A program made the translations under genes and the position numbers. Shown piece by piece: positions 1-13,252 of a stretch of 64,000 nucleotides of DNA (position 1 is the first letter of the stretch; each line of letters starts with the position of its first letter). The stretch comes from Malacoraja senta. Its lineage: Eukaryota. Below the pieces are notes generated by a model. The model did no database searches and was not told the DNA's origin. It saw only the letters and a list, made by a program, of their open reading frames with translations. The stretch spans positions 13,702,001 to 13,766,000 of the forward strand of contig CM075982.1 of NCBI GenBank assembly GCA_038087875.1, in the 5' to 3' direction.

Positions 1-170
1 TGTTTTAAGGCAGCGATAGATACATTCTTGATTAGTCTCAAGGGTTATGGGGAGAAGGCAGGGGAATGGGGTTAGGAGGGAGAGATAGATCAGTTATGAT
101 TGAATGGCAGAGTAGACTTGATGGGGCGAATGGCCAAATTCTGCTCCTATCACTTGTGACCTTATGACCT
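1..170 (+). mobile_element. CR1 LINE 3' end fragment
   Basis: CR1-type 3' sequence (gggttatggggagaaggcagg...gatcagttatgattgaatggc...ggcgaatggcc) with a short repeat tail; similar to 18840-18990. Confidence 0.7.
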
Positions 171-2128
171 TGTGTTGCAGTTTGGTGAAATGTAGGAAAT
201 AGGTAAGTGGTGCAAGGAGATTCTCTGCTGACATTTTAAAGGAAATGCAGATTTTAATTCAAGATATGTGCCAGAACAGCACCACAGACTTAGAATTTGT
301 GAATGGTGTCAAGAAACAAAACCTCAAGAAGGTGATTTGCTGGTGGATGTTGCAGTTTGTTGTTCTCTAGTTTAAACCGGTTCACTCCAAACGAAAATCC
401 AGTGCAAAATGCAACTACAATTGAAACCTTAAAACCAGGTTATTCCAAGGAATTACTATTCCTTAGACTAAATTTATAATTCAAAGTTCTAAGTAATTTG
501 GTGAAAATTATAATTACTAATTAAATTTATGATGAACAAAACAGAAAGTGAGATTGACACATGTGTGTTTTGTTCTAGCAGCAGTCTCACACCTTGGGTT
601 AAATACTGGTGTGAACAGTGGAGTTAAGTAAGATTCACTGTTGATTTCTAAAATAAAGCGATTAAGAAGAAATGGTTGAGTAGGCAGTCCCAACCTTTGG
701 TCTCTGAAATTCAAAAGAACAAGGGATATACTTGTTGAAATGCTGAGAGGATATTACCCCTTGGGGGAATCTATAACTAGGAGACATAGTTTCTGAATAA
801 GGTGTTATTCATTAAAATGGGGATGAAGAGGGATTTTATTTGCTTAGTAGATCATTTGATCTGGAACATTAAGGATATTTATGGTTTCTGGATGAAATGG
901 GATTTGATGGTTTGGGATTGGGCAAGAATGTGGACTTGAAGCCAAGATTCAATCAGTAACAATGGTGTAGCAAAGTTGAGTCCACATCGCTCTACTGCTA
1001 TTCTGTGTGATCTTTCATGCGCATACTTCATATGTACAGTAACTGTCCTCCATTTACTGCATTCTTCTGGAGAAATTGCCCTGTTTTCATTTGTGAACAG
1101 TTGCTGTGGTTTCTCTTTGCTCTGTCCTTTTAATTTATGAATTAAAGTGGTGTTTATTGAGAATAAAATTCTACAGTATGTCTGGCTACACCTACTCACT
1201 GGCTCATGCAGTGTGGTCAATAAGTATTATTTTTGCAACATGTCTTGGATAATGTTTTTAAGTTATAATAAGAACCTTTGTTGGACCTTGTTATTCTTTA
1301 AATATGCCAGGAAGTTATTGAGGATTTCAAACAAGTTTTAGTGATGTGTTTTCTGAGATTTTTAAAAAACGTATTTTCTTTTAAATGCGTTGACATTTTT
1401 GTACTAACTAAACATAAATATTGATGTCTTTGCTGATACTACCACCTGCTCCTGGTGTGATAATTCACAAGTAAATTTACAAATGATATTTCACAACAGT
1501 AAATTATCTATCATTTATACATCAGCACCACTGCATGCTGTGCTCCAAACTTTAAACCCAATATTAGGTCCTTATCTGCTCTCACAGCCGTTTAAAATAT
1601 CACATCAAAGGCACTGTTTATTTATTTTATTCTCCTTTGCAAATAGGGTGTAGATCTTGGTCTTTTAGCACTCTGTGCCATATACAATTTTTGGTCATAA
1701 GGTAACAAACTAGTAGCTTATTTCTCTCGGCATTGTAAACTTAGAATAACGGACCTCTGCCATGGTATTGAATCTGGCTCCATATTTTGTCAAAAGAAAA
1801 TTTTAGATTGTTACGTGAAAATGAAACTTTGAATGGGATGGTGGGATAAGCTCCATGTTATTATATAGTGGAATGAGGGGCCAATAGCCCAGCCCAGAAT
1901 TATGATTTTTTTAATGACTACCAGTAATGTTTCAAATCAATAGCTAGGAAGTTTGCCAGGATTATGAAAAGCCCCTTACACGGCTCTCATTCACAGATAT
2001 GTCTGCAATCTAGTAGACCTTCTCAGCCATCTTCTTAAATCCCTGCCTACCCCCACCTCTCCTAATAATGGGTGCAGGAGTTCATGGATGTGTTTGCTAT
2101 TAAGAATGGGACCATCAGTCTATTATGT

Positions 2129-2257
2129 ATAAGAAGGAACTGCAGATGGTGGTTTAAACCAAAGATAGGCACGAAAAGGGCGGAGTAACTCAGCGGGACA
2201 GGCAGCATCTCCGGAGAGGAATGGGTGACATTTTGGGTCGAGACCCTTCTTCAGACT
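2129..2257 (-). mobile_element. Penelope pLTR fragment with degenerate hammerhead core
   Basis: Reverse complement reads agtCTGAAGAagggtctcgacccAAAAtGTCacccat; homologous to the 3' end of the PLE at 44745-46670. Confidence 0.75.
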
Positions 2258-2964
2258 ATTATGTCTACTATCAGTCTATTATGTCTACTGCTCTCTTTTT
2301 TGCCACCATTCCACCAGACCAAATTTTGACACTTCTCCGAAATCCTGGTCTCAAGCTCTCACTTTCCCCTTATCTCGTATGCACTACATGTATCCTTTTT
2401 GTCCCCTTGACCCTATTCCTTGGACTGAACGGTCAATGTGATGAATCATATTCATCTGTGCAGTTTTTTGCAATCCTGCAATCTGTAAATACTGCCTTGC
2501 ACATCACGCAGGTGACTGGTTGGATGTTGCCAGAACTTAAACTGACTTCTTTGACTTTCACTCTTTGATGCTCAAAATCATGAACTGCACATCATAGACT
2601 ATGCTGCCAGAGATTCTATCCTTTGTGGCTGTTTATAAAAACAGATTAGCTTCAGAGCGTTCCTGCTCCTTTTCAGATCTCCCTTGAAGTATTCTTCTCA
2701 TTAGAGTACATCTAATGGTAGAATCTTTGGAATGCACACATACTGCTGGTGTTCATTGTGACCATCGCCATATAGCTGCAGTGAAATAAGCATCACTTTA
2801 ATGCCTATGATGCAACGTATTTCAAGAAAAGCATATTGGGAATCCAGTACCTATACAGGGTAAATACTGATTCTCAAAGGCAGTACATCTGAAAACTGTC
2901 AGTTTAGAAGTGTGGCAGTGAAAGAAATTCAAATCTCTATACAGTACAGAGTGGCACAGTATAA

Positions 2965-3273
2965 GTGGCACGGTGGCGCAGCAATAGAATTGCTGCCTTA
3001 CAGCGCCAGCGACTGGTTCGATCCTGACTACGGGTGATGTCTGTACAGAGTTTATATGTTCACCCCATAAATGCATGGGTTTTCTCCGGTCTCCTCTCAC
3101 ACTCCAAAGATGTATAGGTTTAGGTTTGCAGGAGGTTAATTGACTTTGGTTAAATTGTAAATTGTCCCTAGTGTGTAGGATAGTGCTAGTGTACAGGGAT
3201 CACTGGTCGGTGCGGACTCAGTGGGACAAAGGGCCTGTTTCCGTGCTATATCTCTAAACTAAACTAAACTAAA
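2965..3273 (+). mobile_element. tRNA-derived V-SINE (HE1-like) with CR1 tail
   Basis: A box (ggtggcgcagc), B box (ggttcgatcc), V-domain-like body (gtctgtacagagttt...gggttttctccgg...ctccaaaga), CR1-like 3' end and (ctaaa)n tail. Confidence 0.8.
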
Positions 3274-4370
3274 GAGTGCAGGCACTGCACAGCCTTGTTG
3301 ACAGCTACCTTTGCCTCTGGAATCGTCACTTGCTGGTTCAACATCTGAAAGTCACACTTAGTTTGGAACAAGTTGCATTAATATCAGTATAAATGATAAT
3401 CAAACACATAGGATGCAGCATAAAGAGCAGAACTTGGTTCTGCTTGCATTTGTAGTCATGTCTCTTAAATGCAGGTGGAACATACAACTGAGATGAACCT
3501 GATTAAAGTGTCATGTCACTTTTACTCAAAGTTAATGGCAACCTGAGCAACACAGCAACAATCAAAGCAGTTCTGATAGAGTTTATATACATTGGCAGGC
3601 CATATTGTTCACATGCCCCAATCTAGGCTTCTGCAACAGACACACTCTTCTGGTATCTGTCTTGTGAAGAGATTACCAGGCAGACAAAGAGATTAAATGA
3701 TGTGTTTAAAGCTTCCTCGAAGAAATGGAACATCTCCACTGACTCGGGGACACCCCTTGCCCTTGACTGCTGCAAATGGAGTAAGCATCCAGAATGGCAT
3801 TTGGACAGAAAAATTCATGCATAAATGGCAGAAGGAGCATGCTACCTCAATCTCCCCAACTGGCTGTCCAGTCAGACACCTCTTGCCCATCTCTAGAAAG
3901 TCTATAGTTCCCACAGTGACCACAGAACCCACAAAACTGAACTGGAAGCACATTGATGGACTATTTAAAAGGAGAAAGGGTAACAAAGTACTAACATAGC
4001 ATAGTCAAGTCCCAGATCTATAACCATCCAAACTGTCTATTACCCAGTTTTCCTTACTTGCCCTATGCTCGGTAATATCGTTAACAATCCTCTCTCCTTG
4101 TATACGTACCATTCACCTCTTTTAAAAAATATGTTGTTATAAATGCTCTTTGCGAATAAATGCCCTGAGCAGATCATTTCAACCTCCATCTCCCATTCCT
4201 CACAAACTCCTTGAATTAACTTTAGCCTCCCAAAACAATCTTGTTTGAACCACCAAATGGTGGTTACTGGCCATTAAAGTGAACAAAGTCAATTGGGGTT
4301 CCGTTGTTAATTTATCCTAACGTGCCCTCCTTGATCTGCTTCACTAGTTGACTTGTTCTTCTCCACAGAC

Positions 4371-4433
4371 ATTTTACTTCGGAGTCACGTGAGTGACTAC
4401 GTGAAGAAGCCCCGTCCAGCCGCACACGCGTCA
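4371..4433 (+). repeat. DIRS left inverted terminal repeat
   Basis: 4398-4433 is the reverse complement of 9589-9625 (1-nt indel); 4371-4407 is the exact reverse complement of 9359-9395. Confidence 0.93.
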
Positions 4434-4581
4434 TTATCGATCAGACGCATAGCGTTCATGACCGTGTGTGGAGGAGCAGGAGCTCCTCCAGCCGGTGAGT
4501 AAAACAAAAGTAAAACAAAAGTCAGAAGGTAAGTGGGTTACTTTTCACTTACAGGAGCGTTTCCTTCCCGTTTAGACTTGT

Positions 4582-5960
4582 TTGGTGGAGCTCCACTCAA
4601 GTTTATTATGGAGAAATGGGAAGGAGAGGCGGCCAGGGACGCACCGTAGTAAAACCCCAGATCCTAAGGGTAGCGGGCGTCAGTCAGGGGAGTCAGTGGC
4701 AGCGAAGCCATTAACTCCCGTTAAACCGCCGGCAGCGGAGCACAAGGCTGAGAAAAAAATTTAAAAATAAAAAAATCGGCCCGAACTGTAGACTCGGATG
4801 AGTCAGACCCGGAGGTATGCCCTCCTCAGGCAGGAAAGAGTATTACATTGCAAGGGTCAAAAACTTTATAACTCCTTATGGGGCAGATGATTTGTAAAGA
4901 ACCCCCACAGGAGGATTTAAGTCGGTGTTGGCCAATGAAGTATAGCACAGGAGGTGCCTTGGAACAGGCACAAGGGTGGCCTACAGGAGAGCCATCAGTG
5001 CCTGTGCAGAAACATTAAAGAGGTTGGCCTACAGGAGAGCCAGTACCCAAAAATGCCAGAAAAAAGGCAAGTTATGTGTTGGCCTATTGGAGAGCCAGTA
5101 CTAGAAATGCCTGAACAAAAGGCAGCACAAACGTGCAATGATAAATGTGCCAGCACCGACAAATATAAAGAGTAAAAATAATGAAGCGTTGGCCTAGAAT
5201 TGAGCCAGCGCCAGCAGCACCTGAAGCAGGGCTGCCTGTCCGTGGGCCTATAAGAGAGCCCGCGCAGGGGGAATCTGGCAGAGACTTACCTGAAACAGGG
5301 GAGCCAGAAATTACCCAACATAAAAATGAATATCTAGATTTAGATGATGAATTAAATGAGGACCAGAGCCCATTATCAGAGCCACCAATGTTCCAAGGCT
5401 GGCACAAAACTTTGATGTTCCCAGAGTAACAGGGGAACCTTTGAGAGAGGAAATAGCTATGACTATAAATTATCTACTCTCCCATCAGCCCCAGGAAATA
5501 ACCATGGATGAGACTATCAAAAAATACGAGACCCGGGAAATTGTAGCAGTTACAGCAGTGAATAACTTGATATGGGTAATTTGAGCAGTGGTTTACGCTC
5601 ACAAGAATTGAAATTACACAAGTGCTGACATTTCTGGGGTCAGTGGTTTGGATGAAGGTTATATATCGTATTCACAACAAAATGCCTTAGCACTCATGTG
5701 TAGTGCGCACTTTAAAATAAATTGTATTCATAAAAATGCAATAAGACGAAATATTCATCCTAAGTATGCAGGCTCTGCAAACCATCCAATATACAAATGC
5801 CTAAATCTGTTTTGGAGAAAATCTAGCAAAGAAACTAAAGGATCACCTATGCTGAGCAGAGCGGTGAGAAGGCAGTATCCCTACAGGCAAAATGTGGTGC
5901 TGGAGAAGGAACAATCCTATCATTCTCGTATACACGTTAACGTGCTGCACCGAGGATACG
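4582..5960 (+). pseudogene. DIRS gag-like ORF1, disrupted, with internal degenerate ~50-bp repeats
   Basis: Fragmented ORFs (4582, 4954, 5181, 5648) upstream of RT; the motif ggcctacaggagagcc recurs at ~4978, 5026, 5081 and 5246. Confidence 0.6.
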
Positions 5961-5973
5961 TGGAGGTTACGAT

Positions 5974-7780
5974 GTGCCTACTAGAAGGGGACAACAACTG
6001 CTGGTGGCAAACCCCGAGGTTAGGGGGCTTGGTCTGGTAAGAAACACAACAAATGTTTCACACTCACAAATAGGGGGAAGGTTACGATTCTTCCTAAAAG
6101 AATGGCAATCAATAACAAATGATTCATTTATTCTATGTAGCATTGTAGGATTCAAAATTGAGTTCTCTCCACGTTTGGATCCTCCAATTCAGCATAATTC
6201 AAACTGGTCACGGATTTTCTCAAAGGAAGAGAATGGGTTGATCAAAGGAGAATTGAAAAATTTTATGCAGAAAAGGATGATATAAATGTCAGTAGAACAA
6301 CACCATCAGTTTGTGTCAAATATTCTCCTAGGAATATTCTCCTAGAAAAGGGATGGTGGACGTAGAATCATTTCCGATCTGACAAATCTTAACCTTTATG
6401 TACAATAGAAACATTTCAAAATGGAAACATTTACTAATGCCATTTAGCTAGTCACAAAGAATTGCTACAAGGCAAGCATAGATCTGCAAAATGCATATTA
6501 TTCTGTGGCAATGCATGGTAATGATCAAAGATATTTGAAATTTAGATGGATGAGTCAGTTATGGCAATTTAAAGCATTGCCCAATGGTCTGATTTCAGCA
6601 CCAAGATTATTCACTAAATTGCTCAAACCAATTTTAGCTCTGTTAAGAGCTGAGGGCCATGTATTAATGGCTTATTTAGATGATATCCTCATTGTAGGGG
6701 ATGCTGCAAAATTGTCAGTATCCAGTCAAATACATTTGAGAAATTAGGTTTCATTATTCACCTACAAAAATCTAAATTGTTACCAAGCAAAAAGATTGAT
6801 TACCTAGGGTTCACAATTAACTCCGAACACATGGTAATCACTTTGCCAAAAGATAAAAAGCTGCAGTTAATTGAAGGTTGCATAAAACTCATTAACGAGG
6901 ACACACCTTCAATTAGAGAAGTGGCAAGCTTGCCAGGCAAATTAATTGCAGGGTTTCCAGCGGTCACGTTTGGACCATTGCATTATCAATGTTTACAGAG
7001 AGCTAAGTTACAAGTGTTAAAAATGAATAGAGGGCATTTTGATAGGCCCATGAAATTAACAATTCAATCCATTACAGAAATAGAATAGTGGATTAACAAT
7101 GTTTCTAATGCTTCCAGAAAAGTTCTGGTAGAAACACCTTCCGTCACTCTACAGACTGATGTAAGTGCGCTGAGTTGGGGCGCAACTAACATGGAATGTG
7201 AATGAAGTACCTTTGCTGGAAAATCTGGGAATCAATTACCTAGAGCTATTAGGCACATTTTACGGCCTTAGAGCTTATTGCACTGATATGGGAAATATGC
7301 ATGTTCAGGTACAGGATGACAATAATAATAATAATAATGAATTTTATTTATGGGCGCCTTATACCGAGGTCTCAAGGACACCTTACAGAGATTTATAGGA
7401 AACATATAATCAGAATTTAAAAAAATAAGTTATAAAGACCAATACACAAATCAGGGACAGAATTCCTTCCAAAAACACAAAAAAGAAAATCAGAAGCACA
7501 ATTTGAGGAGAGAGCAGCGGCAACGAAACCGCGCCAGCGTCCACTCTCCCCTCCGACCTCCATCTTGAACACAGACCAACAAATACAATTACAAACAATT
7601 ACAATACTACAGCTGTAGCATACATAAATCACATGGGTGGTATAAAATCAGAATCATGTGATAAATTGGCAAATGAAATTTGGACCTGGGGTATTGCCAG
7701 AAAAATATGGCTGTCAGCAATATATTTACCAGGTAAAAATTAATACAATTGCAGACAAAAGGTCACGTAAATTTAATGAT
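5974..7780 (+). pseudogene. DIRS reverse transcriptase / RNase H, disrupted
   Basis: IGGRLRFFLKEW; WQFKALPNGLISAPRLFTK; AYLDDILI; RNase H motifs LQTD, INYLEL, DNTTAVAYINHMGG (split by an insertion); several stops and frameshifts. Confidence 0.92.
7325..7600 (-). mobile_element. 5'-truncated SINE-like element with L2-type tail, inserted in DIRS RNase H
   Basis: Close reverse-complement match to 59537-59829; (aat)n tail; TSD acaata at 7319-7324 and 7601-7606. Confidence 0.88.
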
Positions 7781-8209
7781 AATACAGAATGGATGTTAAA
7801 TCGGAAAATATTCACACAAATTATCACACAATTTGGAATGCCAGAAATTGATCTGTTTGCATCAAGATTGAACCACCAGTTGACTAAGTATGTGTCATGG
7901 GAACCTGATCCTGGAGCAGTAGTGGTGGATGCTTTCTCGCTACATTGGGGTGGTATGTTTCTGTATGCTTTTCCACCATTTTGTTTAATCCACAAATGCA
8001 TACAGAAAATTAAACAAGATTGAGCCTCAGGGATTTTGGTGGTACCAGATTGGCCTACACAGGTATGGTACCCACTGGTGTTAAAAATGGAAAAAAAAAA
8101 AAAAAACCCTTATGGTTATTCCAAAGCAGATTAAACTGCTTGTACACCCTGTGACTAATGAATCACATCCTTTACATAATTGTATTGGTTTGTTGATTTG
8201 CAGATTCTA
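7781..8209 (+). pseudogene. DIRS DNA N6-adenine-methyltransferase-like domain
   Basis: EIDLFASRLN...DAFSLHW...YAFPPF, then a stop at 8021 and GILVVPDWPTQVWYP; typical DIRS MT domain. Confidence 0.8.
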
Positions 8210-8249
8210 AGAAGGCCATATCTTTGGAAAAAGATTATCAGACCTTACG

Positions 8250-9191
8250 GTGGATGTTATGACAGCAGCCTGGAGGAATAGTACCCAGAAGCAGTACATT
8301 TCCTATATAAAGAAATGGGAGGTGTTTTGTTCAGGAAAGAATATTGCATATAACACAGCAGAAATTTCAGATGTAATAGAGTTTCTTTCAACTCTACACT
8401 ATGAATTGAAATTAAGTCATAGTGCAATTAATACTGCACGAAATGCACTCTCTGCATATTTAAGCAGTGAATCAGAACAAACTCCAATTGGAGCACATCC
8501 TTGGGTCTGTAGGTTTATGAAAGGAATTTTCAACTCTAATCCTCCCAGACCGAGGTATACAGAAATTTGTAATGTAAAAGATGTACTGATGTTCCTAAGG
8601 AATTGGAATCCAGTTGAAACTCTGTCATTATCCAAAATTACCATGAAAGTGGTTATGCTCATGGCATTAGTTTCAGCGCAAAGAGTTCAAACATTACAGA
8701 AACTCAGAATTGATAGAATGAAATTAGGGCAAAATGCCGTGACATTCTATGTCTATGATTTACTGAAGCAAAGTAGACCTGGGTTCACAGGATGCAAGTT
8801 GGAATTTTTAGCATATCCTACAGATTTACGACTGTGTGTAGTAACATATGTGAAATGTTACATAGAAACAACAAAAGTTTTAAGAGGCGCCGAATTGGCA
8901 TTTTTTATTAGTCATAAAAAGCCTCATAAGAAAGTGTCAACACAAACAATTTCACGATGGTTGAAACAGGTGTTGAGATATTCAGGTATTGATACTGATA
9001 AATTTAAATCTCATTCCACCAGGGCGGCATCAACATCAGCAGCCAGGGATTCAGATGTGCTAATAGACCTTATTCTCGCGGCCGCAGGATGGGCAAGTGA
9101 ACAGATGTTTCACAAGTATTACCACAAGGAGATTAAAGATCTCAGAGGGTTTGGTGATGCCGTGCTGGATACAGTATTAAATCCATTATAA
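8250..9191 (+). CDS. DIRS tyrosine recombinase, 313-aa open frame
   Basis: Catalytic residues visible: SAQR, HSTR, AAGW, FHKYY; N-terminal SAM-like region (STQKQYISYIKKW). Confidence 0.92.
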   Translation: MDVMTAAWRNSTQKQYISYIKKWEVFCSGKNIAYNTAEISDVIEFLSTLHYELKLSHSAINTARNALSAYLSSESEQTPIGAHPWVCRFMKGIFNSNPPRPRYTEICNVKDVLMFLRNWNPVETLSLSKITMKVVMLMALVSAQRVQTLQKLRIDRMKLGQNAVTFYVYDLLKQSRPGFTGCKLEFLAYPTDLRLCVVTYVKCYIETTKVLRGAELAFFISHKKPHKKVSTQTISRWLKQVLRYSGIDTDKFKSHSTRAASTSAARDSDVLIDLILAAAGWASEQMFHKYYHKEIKDLRGFGDAVLDTVLNPL

Positions 9192-9358
9192 TAAATGGGC
9201 CTAATTTTGTTACTTTTATTAAAATAAATAAATCCATAAACTGATTACATTCAAATGTTGTGGTTATGCATTGTTGATTGTGCTTACTCAAATAGAGTCA
9301 ATCGATGCAGTGAACGCCTGGATTTGAATCCACGGTGTGAAATCACAGAGCTTTGAAA

Positions 9359-9472
9359 TCTTCACGTAGTCACTCACGTGACTCCGAAGTAAAATAGTAA
9401 GATTAAACAAGAACTTACCAAGTTTGAAGTTTGATCTTTATTTTATGAGGAGTAACGTTGAGGGATTACGTG
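9359..9472 (+). repeat. DIRS internal complementary region (ICR)
   Basis: 9359-9395 complements the 5' terminus; 9396-9472 complements the 3' extension 9620-9696 with about 2 mismatches. Confidence 0.93.
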
Positions 9473-9588
9473 CCCTCCGCTCCCACCCTCATAAAAGGAT
9501 CAAGCTGGTAGTTCTAAGTCTTTATGCATCTTACTATCATACTTCAGTAATTATCGTCTGTGATTGTCACTCCGCTGCTTTGAAAGAT

Positions 9589-9699
9589 TGACGCGTGTGC
9601 GGCTGGACGGGGTCTTCTTCACGTAATCCTTCAACGTTACTCCTCATAAAATAAAGATCAAACTTCAAACTTGGTAAGTTCTCGTTTAATCTTACTATT
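9589..9699 (+). repeat. DIRS right ITR plus right extension
   Basis: Complementary to both the left ITR and the ICR, as above. Confidence 0.92.
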
Positions 9700-12600
9700 A
9701 TATGTTGTAAGTGACCACTTGACGTAAAGAAAACATATACACAGAAATCCCAGTGCATCTAAGGATGACTTCCACTTTAATTTTCTTCTCTGCTGTTTCC
9801 TTCACAGTTAGAAAGCCATTGAATCTGACTTTGCTTCTTGGCATCATTTTCAATGCTTGTTCATCACTCTAAATGTTGTCAGTCTTTCTCGGCATACTTT
9901 AGATGCACTTCCATTGCGTTAACATCAGTAAGGCCAGGGGTATAACATGGTTCATGGCAATTTTTGGAGTACAGGAATGACCTCCACACTGTCCTCCTTT
10001 ATGGTGGACCACATGGGGGAATTACCTTGATTGAAGCTAGGACAGAAAATTGGCATTTGAAGTAGATGATCAGCTGTGGCCATATTGAATGGTGGAACAG
10101 GCTTGAGGAGCACACTCGCCCACTCCTGCCTTTATTTATGTACTTCCCTAGATTATGTTCCCACCTTGGCCTGCAAGGGGAAAGGAAGAATACCACCATT
10201 CCCTTTCCTGTGGTCTGCCCTTAGCCATGCCCCAAGCTACATGTTTTATATTTTTCAGCACCATCTCAGTACTGCGGCTGTTTTACTCAAATGTTAGGTC
10301 CTGTCAGGCCGTTTGACTGAATTATATTTACCAACCTACAAACAAAATGATCCCATGGTACACAAGGTAAAACCATCTGAATATTACATCTTTTAGACTG
10401 TACCTACATTTACCAACTGCTCTCAGCATCAAACTTGTATCTGTTCTAAACTCCTGAAGGTGCTTGGTTAAGACATTCCTTCGCTATTTCCGAGTGCTCT
10501 CTAGAGATTTCTTCCATGTCGCAACACCGCTAAACCACCAGCATCTCAAATACGTACTGCTAGCTTCAAAGAGTTCATCTTTTACGCAAGGCAAAGTTTC
10601 TCTATTTTGAGCCTCTCCCTGAACTTCAGCGATATTGTTGACTGTCAGGAACATCTCCACTGGTTTCATGTACAGAGTAAATCAGGAGACATCTCTTACT
10701 CGAGATCACCAACATATACACAATGTTGACTGTGCCATTATTATTGCTTTACCTAGAGAATACTGATCAAACACTCCCTCATGCAGTAACATCCCAAAGT
10801 GGAGAGCAAGTTTGTTCTTCATTGGCTCCTGTATTATTTTTACAAGCCTGACCATCTTGTGGTGTCCTCCCACAGTGGGCTGCAGGTTGAGCTGAATTAT
10901 TATATTCAATGCATCCAGACCAGTTCTGGTAAATTCAGGTCTGGCAAATTCAAATAGTCCTATACAGAAATTTGGCTCTCCAGTTTCCTTTTGCGCAGAT
11001 CAATTTTATTTGGTACTGTATTTCACTTGAACCTTGTACATTTAATTTCCAGAGAGAACTTATCTTCTGTCAGGCATGGACACTTAAGTCCTGCATGACA
11101 TTGCTGCACAATGACAAATTGCATCATGGTATAGCTTGAAGTACCTGCTTGTGTGCTTGTTTCTTTTCTCCCCCTCTCCCCTTTCTCCATATGCTATCCC
11201 TACTTAAATGCATTCCCCCTTGTTGTTCGTCACTTTTGAAGATCGTGCCACACAAGGAATGGAAGTTGACAGACTGCTGAAACTTTTTTAACGCTCTGTT
11301 TTGCTTCGGATTTTTAACACCTGCAGTTTGGTTGCTATTAAATAAACCAAGGTGACATAAGCTGATATGAGAGTGCTAAGCACTGAAATGGTAATGTCTC
11401 AGAAGTTTTCATGATTATTCAGAAAATGTAGCATTTCAATCATGTTTGTTTCACTTGAGTAACAGCGAAAACCTTAATCTACTCAACTGGTTTCCCTCAT
11501 GTTCTAGATAATGCAGTTTGTCTGTGTGAAAAGATGTAAGGAAATAATTTATTTTTCTTGCCAATTTATTCCCCTCATGAAAGCACTGTTTTTTGTGGTT
11601 CCACGGTTTCCTGTCCCCCCCCCCCCCCCCCCCCCTCCCATTGTGGCAGTCAACTTTATACAGAGGTATTAATTCTTTCAAATACTTGTGGAGCCATTTT
11701 CCTTGGTTTCTTGGAGCTGACCTGTCTCAAACTTTTTTTTAGAAATTTTGCATTACAGTCATATGTGATTTGCCATCTGAATGGACATTTGCGTAGATGA
11801 AAGTGGTTGAATTCCCCACAGGACCAGTTTTGTGCGCTGTCAGCAGGATGATTATGAACAGGAATGTTATCTGATTTTTTTCAACTGGAATATCTCAACG
11901 TTTTCTTTTCAAAGACTGGGAACTGAACCTGCAAATTTGCAGCTTATAGTGCAAATTTACAGCTAATACTTATTAATCCCAGTAAACCAATGTTTCACCA
12001 GTCTCTCTGGTGAAACACTATCCTCGGTGCATTCCCTTCTATTGATTAATTCAGTTAAATATAAAATAAAGTTTGCACTGATAATATGGATAGGAGCATA
12101 AATCACTGAGACAGAATGAAGCTTCCCTAGGCTTCCACTGTCTAAGAATTTGAAAGTTGTAAAGTGAAAATTTTATTATCAGAAATAATGATGAATATTA
12201 TTTGTCTCATTTTTCTATTTTGGATATTTATTTAAACAACTTTATTTACAAAATAAAATTGGAAAAGTTCTGCTTTTGTCCATCTGCTACTCAAATGCCC
12301 ACACAGACCTTTGTTTCTTGGTACTGCTGCATTCCTAGTTGACCTTTGTGTTATTTTCCAGAAACTTCATCCAACTTGTAGACTAACTTCCACACATTCC
12401 TCTCCTTAGTCAGTTGTGTGTTATTTGGCATATATTGACTCTTGCTTGAATAATTCCTCAGGAGAAATAATCTCATCTTTGTTTACAATTTTCTACTTTG
12501 CTTTAACTTTCCCTACCTCAGTAATCTCCTCTAACCCTACAATCAACAAATTTATGTATTTCTGCAACCTTACCCTTTCCAGCACCCTTTATTTTAGTCA

Positions 12601-13252
12601 TTTTACATTTAGTGGTTATGCCTTCAATTGCCAAGACACAGTGTTCTGTACATTTTTTCTTAAATTTCTGCCTCTGTCTCTTGCTCCTTATATCTGTATT
12701 TAAGCAAGTATTTTTTGCTGTTGAATAAAATGTTCTGGAACATTTTACTGGATGAAAGATGTCATCTAAATTGGAGCTATTATTAAACAATGGAAGTAAT
12801 ATCAGTTAACTTTAAGGTGTGCTCTGAGGGAAAAGAAGTTCCCCATTCGGGAGAATGCAAGACATAGATTGAGCTAATCATACATTCGAATATTTCTGCC
12901 CCGTGGTTCTTCAAATTGCATTGTGACCCAATTTGTTGTGCACTTTAAAGCTTCAAAGCTTTTCCAAGCCACAGCTATTCACAGTTCCTTCCCTGCTCCA
13001 ACCAGACCCAACAGGAGGTTCACTTCTATCTTGAGATCTTTTTAAAGGCAGTAGAGCAGCCCCATACCTCTTCTACCATCAGACTGGAATAGGAGAAAGA
13101 AAGGCACATGTTCACCAGGGGGCAGAGGATGGGGGAAAGATGTGAAGGCATAGAGCAACTATTGCTGTTGATTATTTCAGTTATAATAAAAGAATGTTCA
13201 TTTTATTATCTGCTCAATTATTCATTTAGTGTGTTGGGAATTATAGTGTCTA

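Larger units (their letters stand above)
4371..9699 (+). mobile_element. Full-length DIRS1-type tyrosine-recombinase retrotransposon
   Basis: Left ITR 4371-4433; right ITR plus 3' extension 9589-9699; internal complementary region 9359-9472; domain order gag-RT-RNaseH-MT-YR; ATT at both junctions. Confidence 0.95.

Noticed and set aside
2965-3035. tRNA gene
   Set aside because: Only A/B boxes of a SINE head; no complete cloverleaf.
7781-8209. Bacterial or phage Dam methylase plus integrase, suggesting a prophage or contamination
   Set aside because: MT and YR are standard DIRS1 domains and lie between DIRS ITRs in vertebrate repeat context.
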